Notes: generated by a model not told the origin, from the letters alone. 64,000 nucleotides of DNA from Octopus vulgaris (GCA_951406725.2 OX597821.1:14384001-14448000); one strand, 5' to 3'. Counted from the first letter of the stretch, positions 1 to 15,029 are shown. Translations and numbers: made by a program.

Positions 1-1502
1 ATGTTCCAGTACTAGTAACTAATGGCTTCTTGCAAAATTGAAATATGCTAGACTATGGAATACCACACATACATATCTAAAATGACTTGCATTCTTCATT
101 ATATTCAGAAAAATGTAATCTGACTAATCAATGAGGTTTCACTGTAATCTCAGAGCCACCTCATTCCTTCTGTCACTATTGTAATGGAATCTAATTTATA
201 TAAAATGCAAGGAACATGTAAGCACCTTTTAAATATTTTTGTTGCACCTAAATCTTTGCTTGTTACTATTATGGTCGACTATGTTCTCTATAAGAGAAAA
301 CTGCATGAGACACATGCATTTCTTAATTCCTGAAAATTAGGGAACATACTTATGTCTAAGACTTGTGCATTCTTTAATTCCAAGAACTCATTTTCTTCTC
401 CTCTGTTCTAGAAATGTTTTAACTCTCACTTCTCACTCTCAATATTAATACTAAAAATTTCAGCTACTTTTCCAAGTGGTCTATATATAATCTTTGAAGA
501 GGATGCAAAACAATATGAGTTGAATTTTGGATAATTTTGAATCTTAGCTCAAGTGTAATTTGTGTCTTATCAGTGTGTTATAAATTTCATTCAATGATCC
601 AGACTAAATTTTGCAGTCCAAAACATAAATTGTAAAGCACAAATACATTATCTTAAAATGATGTAAGTAAAGAAGAATCATCAATCAGTGTTGAATGATA
701 AGGAAGAGGTTTTTGAATTTATTGCAGTGAAAATCCTATCAAAATATACAGACTCACTGCTGCTTCAGTAACACTATCATCCTTATCTTGACTATTCAAT
801 GGTACTTTGAACACATAGTTAAGGTCACACACTCTAGGGAAGACCTAATTGATTAAGGGCAACTCCATGGTTTGACTGGTACTTAATTTTATAGACCCTT
901 GGAAGGATGAAAGACAAAACTGATTGTAGCAGAATTTGAAATCTAGAATGTAAAGCACCCCAACTAAATATGACGATCAACAAGTTTTGGCCAAATGAAC
1001 ATCTTAGAACCTGAATAGAATTCTTAAAACATGCTGCATCACAGGATGTTTCATGGACAGGGCTTCTTTCATAGCAAATTGCAAGTCATTGCTAGTGATG
1101 TTTTATGAGATTGGAGTGGCCAGCAGATTAGAAGGGTGTCACCTTAGTGGTACAAAGGTGTCAGCCGCCAGGAGTATGGTACCACCAACAAATGGTAGAT
1201 GCAATTATGCACTGTTACAGCACATGCTCCATACTATTATTACTATTACATAACGATTAATAAAATGACTGTGATGAAATTATGTCAGCATGAGCCCATC
1301 TTTTGATTACTAGTTGTAAGCATTTTACTTCGTTTACATAAATAACTGTTGCTGAATTAAGCAAAAATGTCACAGTTTCTATCACCTACGTGCCACACAA
1401 ATCCCAGACTCCATGCCTACCTGAAAAAAGCAATATGAAGCCATCATAGTGTATCTTTCTGCTAATACAAAACAAAGCCATAGGAAACTACTTTAAATAA
1501 GA

Positions 1503-2118
1503 TTACTCTTTTACTCTTTTACTTGTTTCAGTCATTTGACTGTGGCCATGCTGGAGCACCGCCTTTAGTTGAGCAAATCGACCCCAGGATTTATTATTTG
1601 TAAGCCCAGAACTTATTCTATCAGTCCCTTTTGCTGAACCGCTAAGTTACTGAGATGTAAACACAGCAGCATCGGTTGTCAAGCGATGTTGGGGGGGACA
1701 AACACAAACTAACACACACACATACATATATACTCTTTTACTTGTTTCAGTCATTTGACTGCGGCCATGCTGGAGCACCGCCTTTAATCGAGCAACTCGA
1801 TCCCAGGACTTAATCTTTGTAAGCCCAGTACTTATTCTATCGGTCTCTTTTGCCGAACCGCTAAGTAACGGGGACATAAACACACCAGCATCGGTTGTCA
1901 AGCAATGCTAGGGGACAAACACAGACACACAAACACACACACGCATATATATATATATACATATATACGATGGGCTTCTTTCAGTTTCCGTCTGCTGAAT
2001 CCACTCACAAGGCTTTAGTCGGCCCGAGGCTATAGTAGAAGATAATTGCCCAAGGTGCCACGCAGTGGGAATGAACCCGGAACCATGTGGTTGGTAAGCA
2101 GGCTACTTAACACACAGC
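1503..2118 (-). mobile_element. tRNA-derived SINE family A: a full copy (1732-2118) plus an extra 3' half (1503-1730)
   Basis: A/B-box head, internal (TA)/(CA) tract and (AAGAGTA)n tail; many copies in the window. Confidence 0.85.
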
Positions 2119-2529
2119 CCACAAGCATGGAACATTTACATGTACAGGAGTTTTGCACTGAAGTTCCACCAAATTGTAATACATGTTCATGCTTATGTAT
2201 AAGATAACAGATCAGCCTATTACTATATTTTCAAAGAACTAGTTATTCATAGTATTTTAAAACTTAAATTTCATGAATTCTGTTGAAACAAATCATTTCC
2301 AAATACCAACAGATCTTGAAATTTCTGGCATACAATAATTTTGTAATCCAAACAAAGTATATAGACAAAGATATATTTTCATACTTAAGTATTTATATTG
2401 ATTAGGTATAGTATAAGGCCTGGGATTCAAAGTTTAAAAGTGGTTGAAAGGAACACAGAGATATGCTGCATTGCTACATTATATATCAATATAAAAAGAA
2501 AATGAAAATCATGATTATAATAATTATAC

Positions 2530-2591
<62 letters not shown>

Positions 2592-3088
2592 ATACATACA
2601 CACACACATGGTTACATAAGTATATATATATGTGTGTGTGTGTATATATATGTATGTATACATACATATATGCATATGGTGTATGTGTGTGTGTGTGTGT
2701 ATCACAATGGTTAAAAATGAATTTGGTTTAACAGGCTTCTACTTGATTGGAAGCATTCAGATATTGTTCATAACAAATTGGATATCAGATAGCAACCAAA
2801 AGCTGAATACCTCCTTAATAAGACACCCAATGCAATGTAGCCTTGGATGTCTATTTTTATTTGCCATTATGAATAGAGGATTATTAGAATTTCAGAAAAC
2901 TGATCATTAAACTTTTAATAAGATATTGGATCATTATCATTTTGATACTGCATTTGCTAAAGGAAATTTAGAGAAGAAAATTCATACAAATTTTATCTTT
3001 GAAAAAATTCACTAATCAACAGAAACATTAAGCTGGTACAATTCAGTTTGCATGATATTACTACTGCTATATATAATTATATGTAAGA

Positions 3089-3249
<161 letters not shown>

Positions 3250-4530
3250 TGTGTGCATTTTTGTGTCAACTTGTCTTGACATTGCATGATTGTTGTAAAT
3301 GAATGCCATTCATTTCCAATATTCCGTGCAAACATGTCTGGCTTTGGGGAAATATTGAAATATTACTTTGCTTGGAAACATGTAAGGTTTGGTAACATGA
3401 AGGGCATCTGAGTGTCGAAAATCTGCCTCAGTAAGCTTTGTCTGACTCATACAAGCATTGGAAAATGGACATTAAAACGATGATGATAATGATGCTGATG
3501 ATTACATGAAGAATTGATAAACATTGAATAATTGTGTAATTATTGAGAATTGATAATATTTATTTGAGAGTTACTTGAAGAATTATGTTAAATAAAGCAA
3601 AAGCTGGAGAATTAACTATAATATTCATTATCAGCAAGTCAAATACTGCAGTTTATAAGGCTTTCAATGATGCATCTGCTTTAGGTATGATACATATATT
3701 GCTATTTTGAACAACAATATATCACAATGTTTAAATTATAATGTTGCTTAATCCTAAGTCTGTCCTGAATTGAGCTGACTTATGATGAAAGTAATTTCAA
3801 CTAAGGCATAGAGTTTCTACTACAATACTATTCAATGTGTCCTTTTATTTGAAGATAATAAGAATGATGTAAGGAAAACTGAAAGTTCTTGCAATTTCTA
3901 CCAAGTGAAGTGACCATGTAAATGACTCCTTATTGGCTTGAATATCGAAACATCTTTCTGGACAAAGCTCTTGAGAGTCGCACCAAATTCAGATCTTAGA
4001 GCAAGCCAGAGTATTTTACACTTTTCACCAAGCAAAAGTAAACCTTCATCAGCAACACTGAAGTTTAAGAGAATGATTACATTCTTCTTTATTCACCGAT
4101 GAATGAAGCCTTGACAAGGAGGAATTAACGTCAGCAGACATCAAACAATAAATGAGAGAAAAAGATTAATTTTTGATACCATTTTAACCTTGACTGTTAT
4201 AGATTTGAATACTGTTTTATGCTTATATATACATCCATATATATACCCACATTCAAGAATACATAGGCTTAGACATGTTTAGTAAAGAAGCTTGTTTTGT
4301 AATCATTGCATGGCACCTTGGACAAGTGTCATCTACAGCCATGGGTTAACTAATGCCTTGTGAGTAAAGCTGATAAAAAGAAACTGCATGGAGGCCCATC
4401 GCGTTTGTGTTTATATAGATGTGTGTGTGTGTGTGTGTGTGAGCATGAAAGTCTCCATTTCTCATATGAGATCATCTGAGTGAAAAATATAGTTGCCATA
4501 TTTTCATATCTAGAGAACATTATAAACTTT

Positions 4531-5052
4531 AACGTAAAGTATACTAGCCATCTCAATATGGCTAACCACTGAGGGTGGGTGTTACTGTAGCTTTTAGCCC
4601 CAGGAGATCATCGTCTCCAGCTGGCTTTAGGCACACTTTCTGTGCCCTTATGGTATTTGCAAAGGGAGGTCATCCCTCTCGTAAACCTAAGTGATACGCA
4701 CGGACTGCAGGTTCTAGGTATTGACCTGTCATCAGTGTACAACAATCACCAGTTTTCGATGAAGGGAGACCTGTTTGCAAATATTTATTTATTGCCGTAC
4801 GCCGAAGACAGGCAAATACCTAGAACCTGCAGTCCGTGCGTATCACTTAGGTTTACGAGAGAGGGATGACCTCCCTTTGCAAATACCATAAGGGCACAGA
4901 AAGTGTGCCTAAAGCCAGCTGGAGACGATGATCTCCTGGGGCTAAAAGCTACAGTAACACCCACCCCTAGTGGTTAGCCATATTGAGATGGCTAGTATAC
5001 TTTACGTTGTCGAGCAGTAACTGTTTACATCTCATTCAGAGATTTATTATTG
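4531..5052. mobile_element. Fold-back HHR element related to the 359-bp unit, with a 12-bp TSD
   Basis: Inverted arms at ~4531-4725 and ~4815-5010 plus a ~40-nt tail ending GAGATTTATTATTG. TSD ATTATAAACTTT at 4519-4530 and 5053-5064. HHR-like cores at 4796-4840 (+) and ~4697-4740 (-). Confidence 0.8.
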
Positions 5053-5809
5053 ATTATAAACTTTGTACTGTTGAATGTGTGGGATAAATTTCCCTCACTT
5101 ACAAAACAGTAAAATGCTGACAGTAGAAAAAGCATCTGGTTGTAAAAATACTGCTTCAAACAAGTACCTACCTAACCTAAACTAACATAATAAATTAACA
5201 TAAATCAAACAAAAATAAACACAACTAAACTAATTACTAGCCATATGTTTACTAGTTTTATTATTCAATTTACTTATAATCCATCTCTCCAATAATTGCA
5301 ATAATAATTTAACCCATCCATAAAGAAATGCTTTAATATATACATCTCTACTGACTTGAGCTATACACACCATTTGGTGCCATGAGCAAAACTATCATAA
5401 CACACTGGATGCCAAAAGCATCGATGATGGTTGGTACTTCATTTATAATACATTTAGTAAATAAGATTCTGTACAGGTCATTGATTATTATCTGTGAGCG
5501 GTATTTATAGAATGGTAAAGTTTTAAACTATAAACTTTCAAACCATGAGAAAGTGAGAAAAAGTAGGAAATGGTTAATAATAATCAAGTATTTTCACAAT
5601 TGGTTTGAAAAATCTTTTGATTCAGATAAAAGATTAGGGACTAATACTAAATATAGAAATCATTAAGGCATCACTGAGTCTTTACAAAACAAAATATCTA
5701 ACCCTTACAGTACATTAAGGTCTCATAGTACTGATAATATGAAACAGTTTAAGTTTGAGTTTGTTGTTTCAAGTATGCTGCTGAAACACATAAAAAAAGG
5801 TACAAGCAC

Positions 5810-6065
5810 ATCATCATCATCATCATCATCATCATTTAACGTCCGCTTTCCATGCTAGCATGGGTTGGACGGTTCAACTGGTGTCTGGGGAGCCCGAAGG
5901 CTGCACCAGGCCAGTCAGATCTGGCAGTGTTTCTACAGCTGGATGCCCTTCCTAACGTCAACCACTCCGAGAGTGTAGTGGGTGATTTTATGTGCCACCG
6001 ACATAGGTGCCAGACGAGGCTGGCGAACGGCCACGCTCGGATGGTGTTTTTATGTGCCACCGACA
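5810..6065 (-). mobile_element. Repeat family D with an (ATG)n tail (RTE-type 3' end, inferred)
   Basis: ...CCAACCCATGCTAGCATGGAAAGCGGACGTTAAATGATGATG. Copies at ~3300-3500, 10500-10685, 14675-14985, 25087-25250, 30200-30380, 33810-33990 and 58943-58982. Confidence 0.7.
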
Positions 6066-6165
6066 TCAGTCTTTTAATTTCCTTATTTTTAAGATAACAC
6101 TCCCAATATTTTATTAAACAGATAGAAAGGCCTAAAATATTTTGAGTTATAACTACAAACATTTT

Positions 6166-6663
6166 CAGGTATACTAGCCATCTCAATATGGCTAATCACT
6201 AGGGGTGGGTGTTACTGTAGCTTTTTAGTGAGATGTAAACAGTAAGCGCTCGACAACGTAAAGTATACTAGCCATCTCAATATGGCTAACCACAGAGATT
6301 TATTATTGCTTTCAGATCGTTTTTCGAAATCAGTGACAGTGGTTACTGGGAAAAACATTAAATAGATATTCACAAACAGGTCTCTCTCTTATCGAAAACC
6401 TGTGATTACCATGTGTTGACAAGAGACAATAATCTCAAAACTGCAGTCCATGCGCATCACTTAGGTTTACGAGAGGGGTGACCTCTCTTTGCAAATATCA
6501 TAAGGGCACAGAAATTGTTTCTAAAGCCAGCTGGAGACGATGATCTCCTGGGGCTAAAAAGCTACAGTAACACCCACCCCTAGTGGTTAGCCATATTGAG
6601 ATGGCTAGTATACTTTACGTTGTCAAGCGCTTACTGTTTACATCTCGCTCAGAGATTTATTAT
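6166..6663. mobile_element. Same family: two short inverted pieces plus one full ~357-bp unit, 12-bp TSD
   Basis: AGAGATTTATTATT recurs at 6294 and 6651. TSD TACAAACATTTT at 6154-6165 and 6664-6675. Decayed HHR at ~6412-6455. Confidence 0.78.
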
Positions 6664-7685
6664 TACAAACATTTTATTAAATAGATAAACATTTTTATAT
6701 GCTTTTCTTTGCTAAACTAGAAAGCTATTATAATGAATATCATAACCTTCTGCATGGGTTTTCATGCTGATTTATCATTTTCAGAATATTTGATGCTCAT
6801 AATACTTTAAAACTTTTCTTAGACTTGAGCATACAGATAACTAGTGCTATAAGTGTTTCGTCTGATATATTGTCAGTCAGTGATTTGCAGGTAGAGAAGT
6901 GTGGGTGTGGTTCTAGAAAGATCAGTTCAAAGAATGAAGTATTAGAGTAGGGGGAAACATATTTAATGTATAGAATATGAAAATGTTAGAATAAAATCAG
7001 ATATGAAACACACTAGTATTAGTTGCTGACTAATATTAATATTTTGAATCAGCAACTATGGGAGACAACTCCAGATATGTTTCACTTTTACTGAACTTCT
7101 TCAGTGTAAGCAGAAACTTCTAATCTGCTGAAGAATTAGCAATCAAACAGCTAAATAAATATGTATAAACCTAAATATTCTTAGTATAGAATTAGTGAAT
7201 CACTGAAAAATTAAACTAAATTGAGATGTTATGTAAGGCAGTTGAAATGAACAAGAAAAACAAAGAGATGTACATCGAATAAGTGGAGGTGGGGAGGATA
7301 TAATCAGTAAGTTTAAGGAAGAGACTGCTGTAATTGCAATGGAAGAAATGAAGTGAATTGAGTTACTGTTCGATAGACCAAGTGATTTGAAACTATTGGT
7401 GATTGGCACCTAGTCTATAGGGAAAGAGAAATTTTTTCATGAGAAAACATGAACAAAAATTTCCCAAAGAATTTGTTTAAACAATTTCTAGATAGTTTTT
7501 AAGTAATATTCTAAATGATTCCCAGGTGACAGAAATGTGTATTTAAATTCATTTTTCCAGAGATATATATTTTGATGTATCGTTTCATTCATGTTACTTA
7601 ATTCACATGTAAGTTTTCAGAAAATGTGATTAGTGGTACTATGGACAGTTTTAAAAGAGTAGATCTCTTTCTTAATAATTTAAAA

Positions 7686-7769
7686 CGAGATGTAAACAGT
7701 AACCGCTCGACAACGTAAAGTGTACTAGCCATCTGAATGTGGCTAGCCACTGGGGGTGGGTGTTACTGA
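7686..7769 (-). mobile_element. Fragment of the same HHR element family
   Basis: GAGATGTAAACAGTAACCGCTCGACAACGTAAAG...AGCCATCTGAATGTGGCT...GGGTGTTACTG closely matches the minus-orientation pieces at ~6170-6293. Confidence 0.7.
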
Positions 7770-7879
7770 CGCTTTTCTTAAAGTTGTTTAATGCAAAATA
7801 TGCATTAAAAATAATCAAAATAAAATCCAAATATAAATAGCACATTCAACTGGATATTAACAAAAAAAAAAAAAAAATT

Positions 7880-9900
7880 CCTGTAACTTTAGTTTGAAGT
7901 CCCTGTCTACTACCTTTCTAAGTATAACTGTTTTCTCTACTACACAGAACTCTTAATAACCACTCAAGGACTCTGCCTTACTTCATCCTCCTCTGAAGTC
8001 ACTCCAATATTTTCAGTTCCCTCTGGCTTTGAAAATATTTCCATTAATGATCATTGGGGAAGAAACCTTGCACACTTCTCAAATTTTTGCATCAATTAGT
8101 TTCATCCCTATACATATTCCTCACAGACACACTCAGACACTTCAAACACCCTTTGAAGTCTTTCTCACCTCTAGACTAAAACTAAACTTTACCAGACCAT
8201 TACAGTCTCTATGGCCATTCATGTCACCTATCCCTGCTTTATTACAAGTACCCAACACATATTCACATTACAATACAATGTCTTTCTTACCTCTCTGATC
8301 CTATGGCATTTCATGGGAGGTGACTTATCAAAACTCACCAAGCTGTATATTTACTACCCCACGAAATATGTGCACCACCCTCTCATCTGTCTGAAACAGC
8401 TAAGCAGGTGATCTAAACAATCTATTTAAGCATGTCCCTCTATAATCCATACACAATCAAAACACAGTTCCAAGTCATCCAAATAGTTAATTCATAGCAG
8501 TGTTGCAGTAGTTTGAGTAAAAACATAACCTGCACACTTGGAATAATTTGCCCCAACAAGTTAAATGGCTTTTACCCAGTAAATCCTATATGATCATCAT
8601 ATGAAACTTGAAAGATGTTCCTTGCATTGCACAGCCTGCAAGCTTTGCATCTCTCAAACTGCATCTCCTTTCAGTCTCTTACCAAAGTGACTACCAATTC
8701 TGATGAATCTTTTTTCACTCCATTTCCCAAACATGATGCTTCTAAAAGTTACTGTCCACATTACATCCCACTCCACATGGCACACACCAGGTAAATCTCT
8801 GAATTAACTTCTTTCTCTCTACTCTGTTCTTCATCATATGAAGATACATGGTTAATTACCAAAGCCTCTCCAATCATTTCAAACCAACAATATCACACTC
8901 TGACAACATCTCTTCCATTGTGATCAAATAATGTATAGAAGAGTCATCTCCTAAATTTTCCAAACTTTTTAATTGCTTTTTATCTTCAGAAATATGTCTC
9001 AATCTTTAGAAAGATGCTGTAATGTGTCACATGCACAAGAAAAAGCCCTTTGATCTCTCTAACTGTCACCCTATCACACTCACTTTCAATATCTCAAAGA
9101 TAATGGAGATAGCTATTAACAACATTCCTCAATATCTTGGATATTTCTTCTTTCTTCATGGTTACTAGTATGGTTTTCATGAAGCCAAATCTATAGGAGT
9201 CCTTCTCTTCTATGTCATTCTCCAGTGGGTTCTCGCTTTAAGAGAATTTGTTGAAAACAATGTTTATACACAAAATATTAGAAAAACACTTATGTGTGTG
9301 GTATACATATCTCCTCACAAAACTGATCACCTATGGGCTCCATATATCTGTCATCTTTTATATAGATGGCTTCCAATAAGATCACACCATTGTGAGGCAT
9401 GTTGATGTATTTCCTTCATCCTATCTCACTCACTTTCAGCATCTCAAAAGTAACGGTAGTTAACCAATAACAACAACCTTCTCCAACACTTTCAATATCT
9501 CTTCCTTCTTCATGACCACCAATATGGCTTTTATGAAGCCAGATCCAGAGAGCTATGTTAAAAGTAAGTTGACTGGTACAAACCATTCATCAACACACTC
9601 TAACATCGAAAGTACACATCTGTTGTCTCCTCTCTCCCTGACTCTTCTACTACAGTGGTTCTGATCCTCTTTACCCACTCCGCTTGTGTCTCATTCACTC
9701 AAGTATACTCGATTCATCTATATTCTCCCATCATCCACATTGTGTCCACCCCTACAGACTTTGCATTAATCATTAAACCCAATTCTTTCTCTCTAGAACA
9801 TCCTTTATCAAGTATTATTTTTCAGCTCAGTATTTTCCTATGACCATTGACTTGCAACTGTTTAAGAGGAACAGTAACTGTGTCAATCTTAATAGTCTCA
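7880..9900 (+). mobile_element. Old decayed L2/CR1-like LINE
   Basis: Pyrimidine-rich, with RT remnants such as HPITLT and LHDHQYGFYEARS (~9510). Confidence 0.45.
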
Positions 9901-10801
9901 GTAGAGTTGTAAATCACTTTGTCTAGACAAATACATTAAATGAAAAAGTGATTTAACAACTCAAAAGAGAAAATGTTAACAAATGTGAAAACAAACACAA
10001 TAAAAATTTTATTATTAAAGACATGGGTGTAAGGGGGTGAGGCGGCAGAATCATTAGCACACTAGGTAAAATGCTTAATGGCATTTTGTTTGTCATTATG
10101 TTCTGAGTTCAAATTCCACTATGGTTGACTTTAACTTTTGGGGTCAGTAAAATAAGTGTCAGCCAAGTAAAGGGGTCAATATAATCAACTTCCCTCTCTC
10201 CTCAAAAACTACTAGTCCTTTGCCAAAATTTGAAATCTTTATCAAGGACACCAGCATGCCCTTAATAATAAAGAATATGATCCTAAACTTGATATTTTCT
10301 AGAAAAATATTTTGAGTTTTAGAAAGTGATTGAGAACTTTGGTGATAAGTGGTGTTTGAAAAGACTCTTCAGGCCAAATGCAATCATAGCCATGACCACT
10401 GTCTGGTAAACGACACTGGAAAAATCGTAGTTGTCTGGTAAACGACACTGGAAAAATCATAGTTGTGGCCATGGCCATGGCCGACATCATGTAAATGGTG
10501 TCCATGTTGGTGGCACATGAAAAGCATTCATTACATTCTTAGAATGGTTGGCATTAGGAAGGATGTCCAGCCATAAAAACCATGCCAAATCAGACTGGAA
10601 AGTGGTGCAGCTTCCCGGCTTACCAGTTCCAGCCAAACAGCCTAACCCATGCTAGCATGGAAAACGGATGTTAATGATGATGATGAAATAACTTTTATTT
10701 AACATTCTAAACTGAATGAAATGGACAGATAACCACAAGTTTGATTTCATTCATTATCTTTGTTTGCAAAATTGCAAAAGTAAATAAATAAAATAATCAA
10801 A

Positions 10802-10966
10802 GGCGCAGGAGTGGCTGTGTGGTAAGTAGCTTGCTAACCAACCACATGGTTCCGAGTTCAGCCCCACTGCGTGGCATCTTGGGCAAGTGTCTTCTGCTAT
10901 AGCCCCAGGCCGACCAATGCCTTGTGAGTGGATTTGGTAGACGGAAACTGAAAGAAGCACGGCGTA

Positions 10967-11007
<41 letters not shown>

Positions 11008-11225
11008 ATGTGTTTGTGTGTCTGTGTTTGTTCCCCTAGCATTGCTTGACAACCGATGCTTGTGTGTTTACGTCCCCGTCACTTAGCGGTTCGGCAAAAG
11101 AGTCCAATAGAATAAGTACTGGGCTTACAAAGAATAAATCCTGGGGTCGATTTGCTCGACTAAAGGCGGTGCTCCAGCATGGCCGCAGTCAAATGACTGA
11201 AACAAGTAAAAGAGTAAAAGAGTAA
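10802..11225 (+). mobile_element. SINE family A, full length
   Basis: GGCGCAGGAGTGGCTGTGTGG (A box), GAGTTCAGCCC (B box), tail GAAACAAGTAAAAGAGTAAAAGAG. Confidence 0.9.
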
Positions 11226-11953
11226 AGGGAAATAATACAAGTGGACTAATGACTTGAACCTAGGTAAGTTAATGGGTAATGTACTTAATGAAACACAGCA
11301 AATGTTTTCGATTAAAATTTCCCTTTAATTTGAAGGAAAGCAACAAAAGCTGGCTGCAAATATTGGCAGCTCTATAAGTGTAGAAAAAACTAAAATTTTA
11401 TTACTCAAAATGAATTTACATCCTAAAACAAAATTCTGATGTTTGTTTACTGGCAAAAGGATAACTATTGACATGTGTTGCCCTTAATGAACCTCATCAC
11501 GACAGCATAATTTATTCATGCCTAATTTGATCAATTGGCTAAAAGGGGGTCCTGCAAAGAGACAGCATTATCGTAACTGGAATGCATTACATCAGTGGTC
11601 TACTCATTCATGGTTGGTCTGGGGCTAAATGAGAATAACAATAGTAAAGTAAACGAACATACACAAATCCACAATAGTGGCGGCATACATGCAAGCATAT
11701 CCACATTCACACACTCTTTCACTTGTTTCAGTTATTTGACTGTGGCCATGCTGGAGCACTGCCTTCAGTTGAACAAATCGACCCCAGGACTTATTCTTTG
11801 TAAGCCCAGTACTTATTCTGTCAGTCTGTTCTGCCGAACCGCTAAGATAAGGGGAAGTAAACACACCAGCATCGGTTGTCAAGCAATGTTGGGGGGGGGG
11901 GGGGACAGACACAGACAAACATATACACACACATACATACATATATACATACA

Positions 11954-11990
<37 letters not shown>

Positions 11991-11993
<3 letters not shown>

Positions 11994-12807
11994 ATGAAAT
12001 GGATAAATGAATTATCTTGTTACGGATTATTCAAACTTTAACCGATACCTGTGTAGCAAAAATCACACCAGAAAAGACACGGTTGAGGTTACGACCATGG
12101 GGTTTCGCACCTGTGCTTTAGCGCGGATAATTGAAGTTTTATATATTTAGTGAAGGGAAGAAATGGAGCCGAACGAAGATTCTACAAAATTCCTTTTTAT
12201 TATTTTCTACACATGTTTCAAAGGCTGCAAATTCCCAAATTCGGATTGAATAAGGAGACCATTCTGCAGCTTTCTCTTCAGGAAAATCCAGGAATTTAAA
12301 ATCTCAAAACAAATGTGCAGCAAGCTTTTCGAACAAAATGCTCCCTAGGAGCCCATGGCGCATACACACACATACATGTAGGTAGTTCCTCACACCCAAA
12401 TAAGATAACTGTCATTCTTAAGACAATTTGAACATTAACACTAGTTATACAGAATATATTCACACTCTTTGGGTTTTCTGTGATTCTTCCCCTACCTGAT
12501 TTGACCGTGGTTTGACCTAGGTTTATTCCAATGGATTTTTTCGTCGGCCTTCACCCACTCTGACGTCAGCGCATATTGAGAGACAGTTTTGTGCCATTTT
12601 TACCATGGGCTCCTAGGGAGCGTTTTGTTCGAAAAGCTTGCTGCGCATTTGTTTTGAGATTTTAAATTCCTGGATTTTCCTGAAGAGAAAGCTGCAGAAT
12701 GGTCTCCTTATTCAATCCGAATTTGGGAATTAGCAGCCTTTGAAACATGTGTAGAAAATAATAAAAAGGAATTTTGTAGAATCTTCGTTCGGCTCCATTT
12801 CTTCTCT

Positions 12808-12812
<5 letters not shown>
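11991..12812. mobile_element. Penelope-type fold-back element with an HHR in each arm, inserted in the (TA)n of a SINE
   Basis: Arms at ~12148-12358 and ~12603-12812 are inverted copies. HHRs at 12674-12759 (+) and ~12201-12286 (-). Confidence 0.75.
12674..12759 (+). ncRNA. Type I hammerhead with a long stem II
   Basis: ATTTTC-CTGAAGA-gAAAGCTGC...GCAGCCTTT-GAAA-CATGTG-TA^GAAAAT. Confidence 0.75.
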
Positions 12813-12867
<55 letters not shown>

Positions 12868-13987
12868 TATGATGGGCTTCTTTCAGTTTCTGTCTACCAA
12901 ATCCACTCACAAGGCTGTGGTCGGCCCGAGGCTATAGTAGAAGACACTTGCCCAAGGTGCCATGCAGTGGGGCTGAACCCAGAACCATGTGGTTGGTAAG
13001 CAAGCTACTTACCACACAGCCACTCCTGTGCCTAATCACATTTATAACAGAACTACACACACACGCACATACATATACACACACCCAAACACACACATGT
13101 ACACATAATCACTTACACCCTAAGACAAGAGTGAACTCAAATATGCAAATAGCACAAGCATGGCCGTGTGGTAAGAAATTTGCTTCCCAAACAAGACCAA
13201 TCCTACTTAGGCAAGTGTCGTCTACTATAGCCTTGGGCTGACCTTGTGAGTGGATTTGGTAGACAGAAGCTGAAAAAGCCTGTCAGATATGTGTGTGTGT
13301 GTATGTGGCAGTGTTTATGTCCCCATAACTTAATGGTTCGGCAAAAGGGACCAATAGAATAAGTACCAGGCTTTAAAGAATAAGTACTGGGGTCAATTCT
13401 TCAAGAAGGCACTCCAGCATGGCCACAATTTAATGATTGAAACAAGCAAAAGATACCTATGAGATGGTAACAAACATTCATAAGCACATAACCACAGAAA
13501 GCAGATAATTCAACAAGAGTTGGTTGACATCAAACACAGATACAAGAATATAATAACACTAACATAAAGATGCATATCTGGGATGTAAGCACACACACAC
13601 AAACACACGCAAGGAAAATGATGATTACAAGGTACGGAGGATACATGGACAATTAGACTGATATACAAATATATTGATATACATATTGAATGATTTTCGT
13701 CATTTTTTCCCCTTTTGCCTACGTGGTTTGTTTTCAAGTGCTTTGGTTTTTCTGGGAACTCCCTTTAAAGTAGAAAGAATAGCTAGGATTTTGACTGCTA
13801 TTTCTAAACTTTGGTGTGTGGTGAATTTAATCGTGGCTGAACCCTAATTATATAGTATTACTTAAACTTACCATAAAATGGTCTTTTTTCATGCCGAATT
13901 CTACTTGGTGAAATTACTAATTACTTCTTAATTAATTAATTTCACCCTTTGTTATTACATATTGAATGATAGATATTGTTATACATA

Positions 13988-14221
13988 TTTATTTCTTTAT
14001 TGCCCACAGGGGGATAAACATAGAGGAGACAAACAAGGTCAGACAAAGGGATTAAGTCGAATACATCAACCCCAGTGCACAACTGGTACTTAATTTACCG
14101 ACCCCGAAAGGATGAAAGGCAAAGTCGACCTCAGCGAAATTTGAACTCAGAATGTAACAGCAGACAAAATACCACTAAGCATTTTGCCCTGCGTGCTAAC
14201 GATTCTGCCAGTTCACTGCCC
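13988..14221 (-). mobile_element. tRNA-derived SINE family B
   Basis: Head TGGCAGAATCG..GAGTTCAAAT and core GCCTTTCATCCTTTCGGGGTCG. Other copies at ~850-960, 10035-10235, 34148-34350, 35272-35470 and 40450-40670. Confidence 0.8.
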
Positions 14222-15029
14222 TGTTGTTTACACACATTGAATGATAGGTTATCAGAGATAAACATGCTAATAGACTGACATACATGTAGAAGGGTTATAA
14301 GCTTACTGATGTATAAACTGGCCAAAGGGTATAGACAGGTGTTTCATGATTTGATAGACTGATGTATAGGCAGAGAGAATGTCTTATATAATTATACATG
14401 TGTATGTCTGTGAGTGTAGGTATATATGTGTATGCATATACATGTATAAATATAAATATGTATGCAGCATCATTTTCATTTAATGTCCATCTCCAATATA
14501 TATATGTATCTATATGTATATCTATATTTATCAAAATAAAAACATGATGCAAAGGATTTAGCGGTACATATGTTTCGGGCCTTTATTAGACGGTTTATAA
14601 CCTACACCACTAAATGGTATATACAGGTGCTTACAATTATCAAGTATTCACCCTGAATTTTTTGTATATGTATATCATCATCATCATCATCTTCATTGTT
14701 TAGCATCAGTTTTCTATGCTGGCATAGGTTGGATGGTTTGACTGAGGACTGGGAAGCCAGGAGGCTGCACCAGGCTCCAATCTGTTCTGGCAAGGGTTTT
14801 TACAGCTGGATGCCCTTCCTAACACCAACCACTTCGAGAGTGTAGTGGGTGCTTTTTATGTGCCACTGGCACAGGAGCCAGTCAGGTGGCACTGACTTTA
14901 ACCATGCTCAAATGATGCTTTTTACATGCCAGTGGCACTGGCATCGGTCACGACAATGATTTCGCTTGACCCAACAGGTCTTCTCATATGTCAATATATA
15001 TGTATGTTCATATATATATATATATATTT

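Larger units (their letters stand above)
11713..13031 (-). mobile_element. SINE family A split by the HHR element at 11991-12812
   Basis: 3' half at 11713-11925 and head at 12868-13031. Confidence 0.8.

Noticed and set aside
7060-7155. CTGAAGA...GAAAC-like motifs here and at ~16045-16075 and ~45350
   Set aside because: The stems are too degenerate to call ribozymes; they may be old PLE remnants.
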